This document shows, in pieces, positions 27,028 to 37,151 of a DNA stretch of 52,739 nt. This DNA comes from a virus. Its lineage: Duplodnaviria > Caudoviricetes. The stretch lies in IMG/VR virus record IMGVR_UViG_3300044512_003224, positions 1 to 52,739 of that record; one strand, written 5' to 3'. The position numbers and the translations under genes were made by a program. A model generated the notes under the pieces. It was given only the letters and a program-made list of their open reading frames with translations. It was not told where the DNA came from and did no database searches. The first letter of the stretch is position 1. Each line of letters begins with the position of its first letter.

Positions 27028-30000
27028 TTGGCTAAACAGGTTATTGAAACTAGATTTCAAGCTAAGGGTGGAAAACAAGTTGAAGCTGAAACTAATCGTA
27101 TTGGCAAAGCTCAAACTCGTTTAGCTCAAGGATCAGCTTCTGCAGGTAGATCTTTTGCTGCTCAATCTCAAGGACTTGGTGGAGTGGTTGGTGTCTATGC
27201 AGCAGCTGCTGCTAACGTTTTTGCTTTAACAGCTGCTTTTAGTGCTCTAAACAGAGCCGCTCAGTTTGAAACGATTATTAGAGGTACTGAAGCATTTGCT
27301 TCTTCGATTGGAACTTCTGCTACTGCTGTTCTTAAAAGTATTAAAGAAATAACTAATGGTCAGTTAACCTTAATAGAATCAGCTGAACAAGCTAACTTAG
27401 CTCTTTCAGCAGGTTTTAATACTGATCAAATTAGTGAGTTAGCAGATGTAGCTAATAAAGCCTCAAAAGCTCTTGGTAGAAACTTATCAGACTCTTTTCA
27501 GCGTATTACTCGTGGTGCTATAAAATTAGAACCTGAACTATTAGACGAAATTGGAATCTTTACTCGAATAGAGCCTGCAGTACAGGCATACGCAGCTTCT
27601 GTAGGTAAATCTGCAAGTCAACTTACACAGTTTGAACGTAGACAAGCTTTTGTTAATAAAGTCATCGAAGACGGATCAAAAGCTTTTAAAGATATTGATA
27701 CATCAGTTCTTTCAACACAAGAAAAATTTGAAAAACTTGTAGCTAATTTTTCAGACTTAGCTTTAATTACTGGTAAAATTATAGCAGATTCTTTAGTCCC
27801 ATTAGTTGACTTCTTGAATAAAAACGTTGGTAATCAATTTTTACTACTAGGATCAATTGGTTTATTAGTTTTTAACAGGTTACGGATTGGAATCACTGAT
27901 TTTGCTACTAAAGGCTTAACTGCTGGCGCTAATGGCTTATCAAGATTCGCCGATAGCATTACTCAATCTAGACTTGATACTAAAGCTTTGGCTTCTGAAT
28001 ATAAGGCTGCTCAAGCAGCATTTAAAGGAGGAGGAGCTTTCACGGATGCTGGTAGAGGACTCGGTGCATCTCTAAAAAGACAATTAGGAGCTGGTGCTTT
28101 ATCTACTCAAGAAGCTGTTCAAGCACAAAAAGATATTAATACATTAAAAAATAATGAAAAAGCTGTTCAAGCAGCTTTAAATAAAAATATTTCAGCAGGT
28201 GTTGGAAATACTAAACAATTCAAGGCAGAATTAGACCAATCTAAAATTAGGATGGAGGGTTTGAATGCTTCATCAAAGGCAGTTAACGCACAGCTTAAAG
28301 CCTCTTCACCTGCTGCAAAGTCTCTTGCAGGGGGATTGAATATTGCGGCAGCAGCTGGAACAGCTCTTGCTAGTGCTTTATCAAGAGCTTTTTTGTTTTT
28401 GAATATAGTAGTAGGAGTATTATCTACAGCTCAATTTGTGTTATCGTTTTTTGATATTGATCTTTTTGGTGCTATATCAGATTTTATTAAAAAAACAGGA
28501 GCAGCTGCTAGAGCTACAAAAACAGGACTTGATGGTTTAGCTGCAGCAGCTAAAAAGAATTCAGAAGCTTTTAAGGGTTTAGCAGAAGAGCTTAGTACCA
28601 CTGGAGAAGTTATTGAGAGAGTTTTAGGTTCAGATCTGATTAGAAAATCAGATAGAGAAGTAGCTCAACTTACTACTAGGCTTACAAAAAGACTAGAAAA
28701 ACTTCAAGAAGCTCAAGCTAAAGCAGGTAAGATAACTTCTAGAGATGTTGGTGGAGCAGCAAATGCTCAAGGCTTAACCCTTGGGATATTTAGCAACACA
28801 ATAGATAGAAGTAAATTAGATGCAAAAATAATTAAACTTCAACAAGAGCTGCTAGACCTTGGAGTAGCTGCAGAACTTGTTCAGAAAAAATTTGACTTAC
28901 TAGCTCAAGCATCTACTATCTTATCTCAATCAACAGATCGATCTTTGGAATCTTTTGTAACCTTGATTGGTACTGAAAACTTATTGATTGATGGTAGTGA
29001 TCAATTAATATTCAAGCTTGGCGAATTTGAACAAGTATTAGGTACTGTAGACGGTAAAACTGTAACACTAAATGATAGTAATAAAAATTTATCTGGTGCA
29101 TTTGGCGTAGTAAGGCAAACACTAGCAACTTTAACACAAGGTCTAAAAGAGGGATCTTTACAAGGAGATCAATTAGATAAAATTTTAGGAGTTTTACGGA
29201 TCGCTTTAAAAGAGGCAAAAGATGAAGCCGCAAGCTTTGCAGGTGTTATTGGTGAAGAAGCTACCGCTGCTGTAGAAAAATTTTCTAGAGATTCAATAGA
29301 GGCGATTGATAAATTAGCCCAAGAAATTATTGAGATTAATAATTTAACTGACAGATTAGCTAAAAAATCTGGAGCAGCTTTTGCTGCTCTTGACGACGCT
29401 GTTTTAGACGGGTTAATATCTAAATCTGGAAAAATAGCTAAAACAGATGCAGAACGCACTAAAAATAAAGCAGAGCTTTTAGCTAATGCAAAGAGTGAAT
29501 TAGAAACTTTAGAAAAACAATTTTTAGCAGGAACAGCAATTGAAGGTTCAGAAGGTAAAATAGCAGCTTTAAAAGAATTAATTCAAACTTCTGAAAAAGC
29601 CGCGCTTGGAAATCAACTTTTAAATGTTAAAGCTATTGAGGATCAAAGAGTTCAGCAAGAAAAGATAGAAAAAACATCTTTGAGACAATTAAAAATTAAT
29701 GCTGCTCAACTTGTTGCTGCTGAAAGAAAACTTAGCCGCCAAAGAGAAGAGTTACTACTACAGGAACAAATTTCAAGAGTTTCAAATGAGATAACTTTAG
29801 AAAAAAAATCATTAGAGATTGATAATGCTAAACTTGAAAATTTTAAGCAACAAATTTCTATTATTCAAGAGCTTAGATCTTTAGAGTTAAGTAGGTTAGG
29901 TATACAAAGAGAAATAGGAGATGTAATATTTAAAAGAAATCAACAACTCGAAGCAGCTTCTGATGCTGGATCTCTTAGGGCAGCTCAAAATGCTATTCAA

Positions 30001-31551
30001 AACCAATTAGATTCTCCTTTAACTTCAGAAAGAGAAGCTGTTAATTTACGCTTAAAAGCAGTAGAATTACAAGCAGCATCTGATGAGAAAGCTTTAGACA
30101 GACAAGCAAAGCTAATTGAAAGAGAGAAAAAAACTAGTTTAGATCGCTTAGAAAACCAAAAAGACATTCTAACTAAAGAGGCAGAAGAGCAACAAAAAAT
30201 AGTTGCTTCACGACTTCAAATTTTTGACCAAGAGTTATCTATCTTAAATAAACAAAAAGATCTTCAACTTTCGGAAGCTAATTTAGAATTACTGAAAAAA
30301 GAAAATCAAATTAAAAATATTGCTGATAATATGAACGTACAAAAAGCTCAAGCAAGGATAAATGCTGATGAGAAAAAAGACGCATTAGGCTTGATTTCAG
30401 CGGAGGCTCAGCTTTTAAAACAAAAAGTTATAGCTAATAAAGAAGCGGTTGTAGATGAGACACGACTTTTAAATGCAAGTGCAGAGCAATTAAGAGCACA
30501 AGGAAAAAATGTATCAAATGTAGAAGATCCTGCTAATGTAAATATAAAAAATACAGAATCATTAATTACTGCATTAGGTGGTCAAGCATCTGCTATAGAC
30601 GCTACTTTAAACTCCCAATTAGCTCTGATAACTACTAATTCAAATCTTCAAGGAGAGCAAGCATCTTTTGAAGCTAGTCAGATAGAGAAAAGAATTGAAA
30701 ATTTAGTAAGCCAAGGCTTATTGGAAAATGAACTTAATGCAGTAAAGAAAAAACAAATTTTAGATGAATTAGCCGGTATAGATTTAATATTAACTAGTAA
30801 ACTAGAAAACTTGACAGAAGAAGAACGATTAGTTAGAGAAAATGCTGTGAGTAGGTTAGAAGCTTTAGGGTTTGAAAAAGAAGAAATCCAACAGATTTTA
30901 AAATTTGCTAGAGAAAGAGCTGAATATGAGCTTAGTTTTAGAAAAAGATTTGATAGTGCTGTAGGAGCTTCTGCAGATACTTTAGAAACTAAAACAATTT
31001 CTTCTTTGAACGAACTTAATTCGGCTTTTGTTGAGGGGTCTTTAACTTTTGACTTAGCAAAAAATAAATTCAGTGAGTTTGCTGGTTCTCTAATTAAAGA
31101 TATACAAAAAATATTTTTTCAAGAAACTATTGCTAAACCTGCAGCTGGCTTTTTAAAAGATACTTTTCTTGGTAGCGAAAAAGAAGGTGGTGGAATATTT
31201 AGTAGTCTCTTTGGGATGGGTAAAAATGTAAACGGAGGCTTGATTAGGCACATGGCTTCAGGTGGAATGGCTCGTGACAGAGTTCCAACTCTCCTAGAGC
31301 CAGGCGAATTCGTTGTTCGCAAGCAAGCAGCAAAAGTCGCTGGACCATCTAACCTTGCGTCTTTAAATGCAACTGGACAAATGGGCGGAGGCAATGTTAG
31401 TGTTAATGTTACTAATACAGGAACACCACAAACTGCAGAAGCTTCACAACCTCGCTTTGATGGTGAAAAGATGGTGATTGATATTGTAATGAGAGATTTA
31501 TCAACTAATGGACCAATTAGACGCTCACTTAGAGCAGGAGGAGCTAGTTAA
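27028..31551 (+). CDS. tape measure protein
   Basis: 1507 aa, Ala-rich helical; EPELLDEIGI (T5-like); C-terminal GG..DRVPTLLEPGEFVV. Confidence 0.95.
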   Translation: MAKQVIETRFQAKGGKQVEAETNRIGKAQTRLAQGSASAGRSFAAQSQGLGGVVGVYAAAAANVFALTAAFSALNRAAQFETIIRGTEAFASSIGTSATAVLKSIKEITNGQLTLIESAEQANLALSAGFNTDQISELADVANKASKALGRNLSDSFQRITRGAIKLEPELLDEIGIFTRIEPAVQAYAASVGKSASQLTQFERRQAFVNKVIEDGSKAFKDIDTSVLSTQEKFEKLVANFSDLALITGKIIADSLVPLVDFLNKNVGNQFLLLGSIGLLVFNRLRIGITDFATKGLTAGANGLSRFADSITQSRLDTKALASEYKAAQAAFKGGGAFTDAGRGLGASLKRQLGAGALSTQEAVQAQKDINTLKNNEKAVQAALNKNISAGVGNTKQFKAELDQSKIRMEGLNASSKAVNAQLKASSPAAKSLAGGLNIAAAAGTALASALSRAFLFLNIVVGVLSTAQFVLSFFDIDLFGAISDFIKKTGAAARATKTGLDGLAAAAKKNSEAFKGLAEELSTTGEVIERVLGSDLIRKSDREVAQLTTRLTKRLEKLQEAQAKAGKITSRDVGGAANAQGLTLGIFSNTIDRSKLDAKIIKLQQELLDLGVAAELVQKKFDLLAQASTILSQSTDRSLESFVTLIGTENLLIDGSDQLIFKLGEFEQVLGTVDGKTVTLNDSNKNLSGAFGVVRQTLATLTQGLKEGSLQGDQLDKILGVLRIALKEAKDEAASFAGVIGEEATAAVEKFSRDSIEAIDKLAQEIIEINNLTDRLAKKSGAAFAALDDAVLDGLISKSGKIAKTDAERTKNKAELLANAKSELETLEKQFLAGTAIEGSEGKIAALKELIQTSEKAALGNQLLNVKAIEDQRVQQEKIEKTSLRQLKINAAQLVAAERKLSRQREELLLQEQISRVSNEITLEKKSLEIDNAKLENFKQQISIIQELRSLELSRLGIQREIGDVIFKRNQQLEAASDAGSLRAAQNAIQNQLDSPLTSEREAVNLRLKAVELQAASDEKALDRQAKLIEREKKTSLDRLENQKDILTKEAEEQQKIVASRLQIFDQELSILNKQKDLQLSEANLELLKKENQIKNIADNMNVQKAQARINADEKKDALGLISAEAQLLKQKVIANKEAVVDETRLLNASAEQLRAQGKNVSNVEDPANVNIKNTESLITALGGQASAIDATLNSQLALITTNSNLQGEQASFEASQIEKRIENLVSQGLLENELNAVKKKQILDELAGIDLILTSKLENLTEEERLVRENAVSRLEALGFEKEEIQQILKFARERAEYELSFRKRFDSAVGASADTLETKTISSLNELNSAFVEGSLTFDLAKNKFSEFAGSLIKDIQKIFFQETIAKPAAGFLKDTFLGSEKEGGGIFSSLFGMGKNVNGGLIRHMASGGMARDRVPTLLEPGEFVVRKQAAKVAGPSNLASLNATGQMGGGNVSVNVTNTGTPQTAEASQPRFDGEKMVIDIVMRDLSTNGPIRRSLRAGGAS

Positions 31552-32504
31552 TGGCTACATATCCTGATGACGCTACACTCGCAGTTACTGCTTTTTCTGT
31601 TGTAGGTGAATCAACCTTTAACAATACTGGTGCTACCACAACAGACTTCGCACTCCCAACAACTGTTTCTCATCGCGGTGAGGTAGCAGCTTTTATTGAT
31701 GGAGTGCTACAAGCTACGACCTCTTATGATCTTTCAGATAGCGGAGCGACTGCCAGTTTTTTAACAGCTCCTAACGCAACAGCTCTTGTGTTAAAAACTA
31801 TTTCACTTCCTACACGCTTTCAAACTACTCGATCGTTTCCTGCTATTAGGGCAGTTGATTTTAATGCTAGTTCTGCACAAGTGATTGATAGTGTATCATA
31901 TTTAATTAATGGATCACGTACTGCATTTGCTTTTCCAGAAGGCACAAGTGTTTCTACAACTGCTGATTTTATGGTGTTTGTTTCAGGTGTTCAACAGCAG
32001 TCTAGCGCGTTTACTTATCCTTCAGCTACACTCGGTAATGGTGGTATTGACATTGATGATGACGGAACTCCTCTTGATGACCCTGATACTCTCTCAATTA
32101 GAGTTTTTGATTCTACTGTAACAACTTTTGATCGTTTCACTTCTATGACAGACCGTAAGCCTGACAAAGGGTATACTTCACAGCTCTCATTTGATTCAAT
32201 AAACTTTACTTCACAATCAGGTTATGAAAAGCGTAGACTTAGATCACGTCGCTCAAAACGTCAATATTCACTACAGTATTCAAATATCACAGGAGTAGAA
32301 AAGACAGCAATAGAAAACTTCTATAACGCTCGTAGTGGAGAGTTTGAGTCCTTTATATTTGATTTATCTCACATCAATGATAGTGGAACTATAAACGCAC
32401 GATTCTCTGGAGCGTTAAAGGTAACTCAAATTCTATCAAACGGCTCTGGATTACTAGATAATTTTTATTCTGTATCATTTGATTTGCAAGAGACTTTTGA
32501 CTAA
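31551..32504 (+). CDS. distal tail protein (gpM/Dit-like) with N-terminal beta-repeat domains
   Basis: Follows TMP; SGYEKRR...YSLQY...IENFYNARSG.FESF.F; two [FV]..GV.Q repeats. Confidence 0.75.
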   Translation: MATYPDDATLAVTAFSVVGESTFNNTGATTTDFALPTTVSHRGEVAAFIDGVLQATTSYDLSDSGATASFLTAPNATALVLKTISLPTRFQTTRSFPAIRAVDFNASSAQVIDSVSYLINGSRTAFAFPEGTSVSTTADFMVFVSGVQQQSSAFTYPSATLGNGGIDIDDDGTPLDDPDTLSIRVFDSTVTTFDRFTSMTDRKPDKGYTSQLSFDSINFTSQSGYEKRRLRSRRSKRQYSLQYSNITGVEKTAIENFYNARSGEFESFIFDLSHINDSGTINARFSGALKVTQILSNGSGLLDNFYSVSFDLQETFD

Positions 32505-34099
32505 TGAGCGCTCGTAATTATGATTTTATTTTAACTGTTGATGATGCTTCAGACTTTGAAGCAGGCAATGTAGTAATAGGCAAAACTTCTCTTACTACAG
32601 CCCTTATCGCTAATGTTGACACAGATGCTAATACTCTTAAAGTAAAGCTTAATAATGTGCTGCAAGAGTTTTCTTCAAGTGAAGATGTTGAATCAAACAC
32701 TGTTACAATAAGTGGCAGTGCAGACGGGTTATTAACCTCAATCCCTTTCAATGCTAATACAATGAGTGGCAACACTACTACTGCCACTGCTACAATATCT
32801 TCTATAGCGTCAAGCGCTTTTATTGCTGAAAAGAATGCATTCACTCAAAATCCTATTGTGCGACTATATGAGATCTACTATCCTGGAGAATGGTATCCCC
32901 CTAATGCGGCTGGTAATCCAACAGAAGATGGAACTGGACGTGCTTGGCCTGTTAATTTTCCAATTCGTTTTGCTGACATTCGCGGTGATTTAATAGCAGA
33001 CCTTCAGTATAATGTTACTTATGGAGGCACTTCATATATTCCTTTTCCAGTTAATATATCATCAATCGATCAAGGGTCTGATGGAAAGATTAATGAACTC
33101 ACACTAAGTGTATTTAATGTTGATAACATTGTTTCTGCTCTAATTGAAGATCCGTTTATCTCAGGCAATAATTCCACCAACTCAGTTGTAGGCATTGTGA
33201 ACGGTGAGTATGTACACGGTTTAGATCCTCGCACAATTTCCCAAGATCCTTCTGACTTACCCACCTCTGTTACAGTAGGTGATCAAACAGGGGTAAATGC
33301 TCAGTCCTTACTTCAAGCTCAACGTGATTTTGGTTTAGCATATGATGAAAACATTGTTGGTGTGTACGGTAAATCTAATGCATCATTTACTCGTAGTGAA
33401 ACACAATCGGTTGAGGGAACTTGGACAGAAGAAAAGCTTGATTCTCGCGACTTACTAGGCGGTGTTGTTCAAATAAAAACTACTTTTGCTAACTTTTTAG
33501 ACAACTGGCCTGAGTATAGCACTGCAAAATTTGTCTCAGCTAACGTAATAGAAGTAACTAACACTCTTCCATACCGCGTAGGAGATACTGTAAAGTCAGA
33601 GACTGGATCAACAACTGGCACTATATTAAATATTGAAGATGGCAGATTTTTAGTTCTTGATAATGCACTCGATGAAGGTACAGCAACTGGTAATGCTATA
33701 TTTATTGTAAACTCTGATGCAGATCCAGAATCTTATATTGAAGATACATTTAAAATAGATCAGCTTGAATCTCTTTCTGACCATCTTGCAACATTTGGCT
33801 TAGTATCTTGGTTACAGTATTTTAAAACTTCAGTCCCAAAACGCAAATACTATAAAAACACTTGTCAGTGGACCTATAAAGGTGATGAGTGTCAATATCC
33901 TGGACCTAACGGTGGTGCTATTCCAGGAACCTCTCCAACTCTCAATGCTAATACGAATCCGATAGCTGCAGATAATTCTATTGCAGCTGATGAATCTGGT
34001 GATGTATGTGGTAAGTCATTACTGTCTTGTCAGTTAAGAAATAATCAAATTCATTTTGGAGGTTTCCCTGCCACAGGTCGGACAGTTCCCAAACAATAA
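32504..34099 (+). CDS. lambda gpL-like tail tip protein
   Basis: YIPFPV; C-terminal CQWTYKGDEC...DVCGKSLLSC...FGGFP four-Cys Fe-S motif. Confidence 0.85.
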   Translation: MSARNYDFILTVDDASDFEAGNVVIGKTSLTTALIANVDTDANTLKVKLNNVLQEFSSSEDVESNTVTISGSADGLLTSIPFNANTMSGNTTTATATISSIASSAFIAEKNAFTQNPIVRLYEIYYPGEWYPPNAAGNPTEDGTGRAWPVNFPIRFADIRGDLIADLQYNVTYGGTSYIPFPVNISSIDQGSDGKINELTLSVFNVDNIVSALIEDPFISGNNSTNSVVGIVNGEYVHGLDPRTISQDPSDLPTSVTVGDQTGVNAQSLLQAQRDFGLAYDENIVGVYGKSNASFTRSETQSVEGTWTEEKLDSRDLLGGVVQIKTTFANFLDNWPEYSTAKFVSANVIEVTNTLPYRVGDTVKSETGSTTGTILNIEDGRFLVLDNALDEGTATGNAIFIVNSDADPESYIEDTFKIDQLESLSDHLATFGLVSWLQYFKTSVPKRKYYKNTCQWTYKGDECQYPGPNGGAIPGTSPTLNANTNPIAADNSIAADESGDVCGKSLLSCQLRNNQIHFGGFPATGRTVPKQ

Positions 34100-35276
34100 A
34101 ATTTGTATACTTCCTTGGATGCATATCTATGGTCATCTGACCGGTGACTATGCACTATGTTGTCATACACTCAGTTCTCAAGTTCCAGAAAATGAAAAAA
34201 CTTACGGTAAAGGACTTTCTCCGTTAGAGGCTTTTAACTCTGACTATATGAAAAAAGTACGACTTGACATGCTTGACGGAAAAACACCAAGCGCCTGTCA
34301 GGTATGTGATAAATTTGAAGAGTCTAATAATATAAGTCACAGACTTCAAGTAAATCAGCGTTTTCATCTTTACACAAAACTATTCGAGCACACTAATAAA
34401 GATGGATCAGTAAATAATCCTCCGTTTTATTTAGATATTCGTTTTGGCAATCTATGTAACTTTAAGTGCCGCATGTGTGGACCTGAAGCATCTTCTTCTT
34501 GGTATAAAGATAACCAACAACTTAAAATATTCAAGTCAACTTATGACAAAGCCGTATTTGATCCTTGGACAGAAAATGAAGATCTTTGGAGAGATATTGA
34601 TAAGATAAAATCACATATTAAGCTTATCTACTTTGCTGGAGGCGAGCCTTTTGTGCAAGAGGGTCATTATAAACTTTTGAAATTTTTAGTTGATAACGAC
34701 TGCACTGATATAGATCTTGAGTATAATACTAACTTATCTTATGATTCAAAATTTAAATCTTATGATATAGAACAGTTGTGGAAACACTTTAAAAGTATAC
34801 AGCTATGGCCAAGTATTGATGGTTTTAAGCAACGCGCTGAATATGGACGAAAAGGTTTAAGTTGGGAACTGTTTGAATCTAACTCAAATAAGTTTTCTTC
34901 TTATATAAATACTTATTCAATTGTAAATAACATTTATAGTGTATCATCGATTCCTGATCTCATTAAGTGGATTAAAGATCAAGGTAAAAGTTTTTACATA
35001 ACTAACCTTGTTCACCCCTCTAATCAATCAGTCACTATACTCCCTGATAATATTAAAACTGATTTAATCTCAAAATATAAAAAATTATTATATGAGTTTA
35101 GTTTAAGCGATGAAGAATCAAGAAATGTTATTAATTGTTTAAAACATTTAAAAAGTGCTGATAATACAAATTTGGGAAAATCATTTAAAGATCAAAATAT
35201 AAAGTTAGACTTACTAAGAAATGAAAGTTTTACCGCAACTTATCCAGAGTTTGAAGAATGGTACACGAATATTTAG
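34056..35276 (+). CDS. radical SAM protein with N-terminal Twitch domain
   Basis: CILPWMH...LCC, CQVC, LDIRFGNLCNFKCRMC, FAGGEPF, YNTN, SIDG; start uncertain. Confidence 0.9.
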   Translation: MEVSLPQVGQFPNNKICILPWMHIYGHLTGDYALCCHTLSSQVPENEKTYGKGLSPLEAFNSDYMKKVRLDMLDGKTPSACQVCDKFEESNNISHRLQVNQRFHLYTKLFEHTNKDGSVNNPPFYLDIRFGNLCNFKCRMCGPEASSSWYKDNQQLKIFKSTYDKAVFDPWTENEDLWRDIDKIKSHIKLIYFAGGEPFVQEGHYKLLKFLVDNDCTDIDLEYNTNLSYDSKFKSYDIEQLWKHFKSIQLWPSIDGFKQRAEYGRKGLSWELFESNSNKFSSYINTYSIVNNIYSVSSIPDLIKWIKDQGKSFYITNLVHPSNQSVTILPDNIKTDLISKYKKLLYEFSLSDEESRNVINCLKHLKSADNTNLGKSFKDQNIKLDLLRNESFTATYPEFEEWYTNI

Positions 35277-35647
35277 GTATAAAACATGAATACGGAAAGT
35301 TTGATTGTATCACTATAATAAAGCAGTTTTATAAACACGAGCTAAATATACATTTTGACTTACCTGATTACCCTTCATCTAGAGCTTGGATGAAATCTTT
35401 TTCTACTGATACTGTAGAAAAGCATGCACTTCAACACGCTAAAAAAGTTAGTTTGACAGCAGCTCAAGATTATGATGTAATGGTTTTTAAGTCAGATAAA
35501 TCAAACTTAGTAATTCATTTTGGACTTTACTTAAGTCCTCTTAAAATGTTACACATCGAAGAAGGGGGTTTTTCGTGTATCTCAACTCTTTCAGACTATT
35601 GGATGAGTAAGTTACACTTAGTTCTTAGACACAATGAGCTGGTATAA
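35258..35647 (+). CDS. NlpC/P60 family tail protein
   Basis: YLG...YGKFDC, DVMVF, HFGLYL, MLH. Confidence 0.8.
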   Translation: MVHEYLGIKHEYGKFDCITIIKQFYKHELNIHFDLPDYPSSRAWMKSFSTDTVEKHALQHAKKVSLTAAQDYDVMVFKSDKSNLVIHFGLYLSPLKMLHIEEGGFSCISTLSDYWMSKLHLVLRHNELV

Positions 35648-36062
35648 AAAATATGTAGGATTTCCCTATAAGCATTTAGGTGAAGATCCAATTTCAGGAA
35701 TAGACTGTTTTAACTTATGCACCCTCATATATAAACAAGAACTTGAAATTGACATTCCTTATCGAACAAAAGACTTTTGTAATATAATTGACGAAGACTG
35801 GTACTCAAAAACTCATGAACGTTGGATGGAACGAGCCGCATCAGATGAGTATGGTTGGTTAAAAGTTAAAGAACCTAAACTATATGATGTAATATTAATG
35901 AGCTTAGGTGCCACAAATGTGACTAATCATTGCGCACTGTATGTGGACAGAAATAAAATATTACAAACAATGATTGATCATACAAGCTGGATCGCTCCGT
36001 ATGGTAGATATTATCAGCAATATACAGTAGGAATATACAGATGGAAAAGTTTAGTAAATTAA
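35634..36062 (+). CDS. NlpC/P60 family tail protein (second)
   Basis: YVGFPY...GIDC, DVILM, HCALY. Confidence 0.85.
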   Translation: MSWYKKYVGFPYKHLGEDPISGIDCFNLCTLIYKQELEIDIPYRTKDFCNIIDEDWYSKTHERWMERAASDEYGWLKVKEPKLYDVILMSLGATNVTNHCALYVDRNKILQTMIDHTSWIAPYGRYYQQYTVGIYRWKSLVN

Positions 36063-36418
36063 TTGAAGATATGAATGCTCATGCTATGGCTGATTATCCT
36101 CGTGAGGCAGTAGGCATTGTCACAAATAGCTTTGAGTATATTCGTTGTAAAAATATATCTCCCAGCCCTAAAATTAGCTTCTTACTTGACCCAGAGGCAC
36201 TTGTAAAAAATGATGGCAACATATGGGGAATATTTCACTCACATCCAGGCGAAGATAATCCTATTCCAAGCAAGGAAGACAAAGTTAGTGCCGCTTTTAA
36301 TGAGTACAAGTTTTTAGTAGGTTTTAATAAGAAATTTTATATATACTGGTTAAATGAAAAGATTGATGCTCTAATATTTGACGAGTTTAAGGAGTCGCAT
36401 CTTGAAAGCGCAGCTTAA
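36041..36418 (+). CDS. JAB/MPN metalloprotease (gpK N-terminal-like)
   Basis: YPREAVG, FHSHP....PS.ED. Confidence 0.9.
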   Translation: MEKFSKLIEDMNAHAMADYPREAVGIVTNSFEYIRCKNISPSPKISFLLDPEALVKNDGNIWGIFHSHPGEDNPIPSKEDKVSAAFNEYKFLVGFNKKFYIYWLNEKIDALIFDEFKESHLESAA

Positions 36419-37151
36419 AATACACTCTTCTCTTCAAAAATTTTTCAGTGATAGCTCTTATACTGTAGATCTACATACTTATTTTGATGTAGTTCCTTAT
36501 CTCAACTCTATGCATCCAAAGTTTAAAAAGTATATGCTTGATGTTGAGCAGAATGAGTTTACTGAAAATGTATTTATTTTAGACTCAGACTATCGTATAG
36601 TAGAGCCTGATGAAGCCCAATTGCGACGAATAAAAGATGACGATACATTATATTTAGTTCCTGGTATAACTGGTGGCGGAGGTAAACGAGGCGGACTATT
36701 TGCAATGGTTGCGATGATTGGTTTTGCAGCAGCTACTGGAGGCTTAGGTGCTTTTAGTCTTGGAGGAGCGGGGGCAGCAGCTCTTCCTGCTTCAGCTACC
36801 GCAGTTAACACTTCAACAGCCGCTGGAGTAGCTACTGCAAGTGGAGGAGCTGGTGGAGGTCTTTTCAGTGCATTCTCTTCACTTCCAGGATTCGCTAAAA
36901 ACATACTTGGAAACATAGCTCTTGCGGTTGTTGCATCACTGTTCACCTCAAAACCAAAACCAATGGAAACAGACAATTCTACTCGCGAGAACGGAATGTT
37001 TGGATCATTAACTAACACCTCAGAAAGTGGAACCCCTATTCCTCTTGTTTATGGGCATTTTAGAGTTGCAGGACAGTTCTTAAGTGGGTATATTGATTCA
37101 GAACAACATGGAAAAAATGATGTTGTGAATGTAGGGGACAAATTCTCATGA
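36402..37151 (+). CDS. tail assembly protein I-like (ubiquitin-like plus Gly/Ala hydrophobic segment)
   Basis: LYLVPGITGGGGK, hydrophobic segment, GTPIPLVYG..RVAG; start uncertain (TTG 36378 or 36402). Confidence 0.75.
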   Translation: MKAQLKIHSSLQKFFSDSSYTVDLHTYFDVVPYLNSMHPKFKKYMLDVEQNEFTENVFILDSDYRIVEPDEAQLRRIKDDDTLYLVPGITGGGGKRGGLFAMVAMIGFAAATGGLGAFSLGGAGAAALPASATAVNTSTAAGVATASGGAGGGLFSAFSSLPGFAKNILGNIALAVVASLFTSKPKPMETDNSTRENGMFGSLTNTSESGTPIPLVYGHFRVAGQFLSGYIDSEQHGKNDVVNVGDKFS

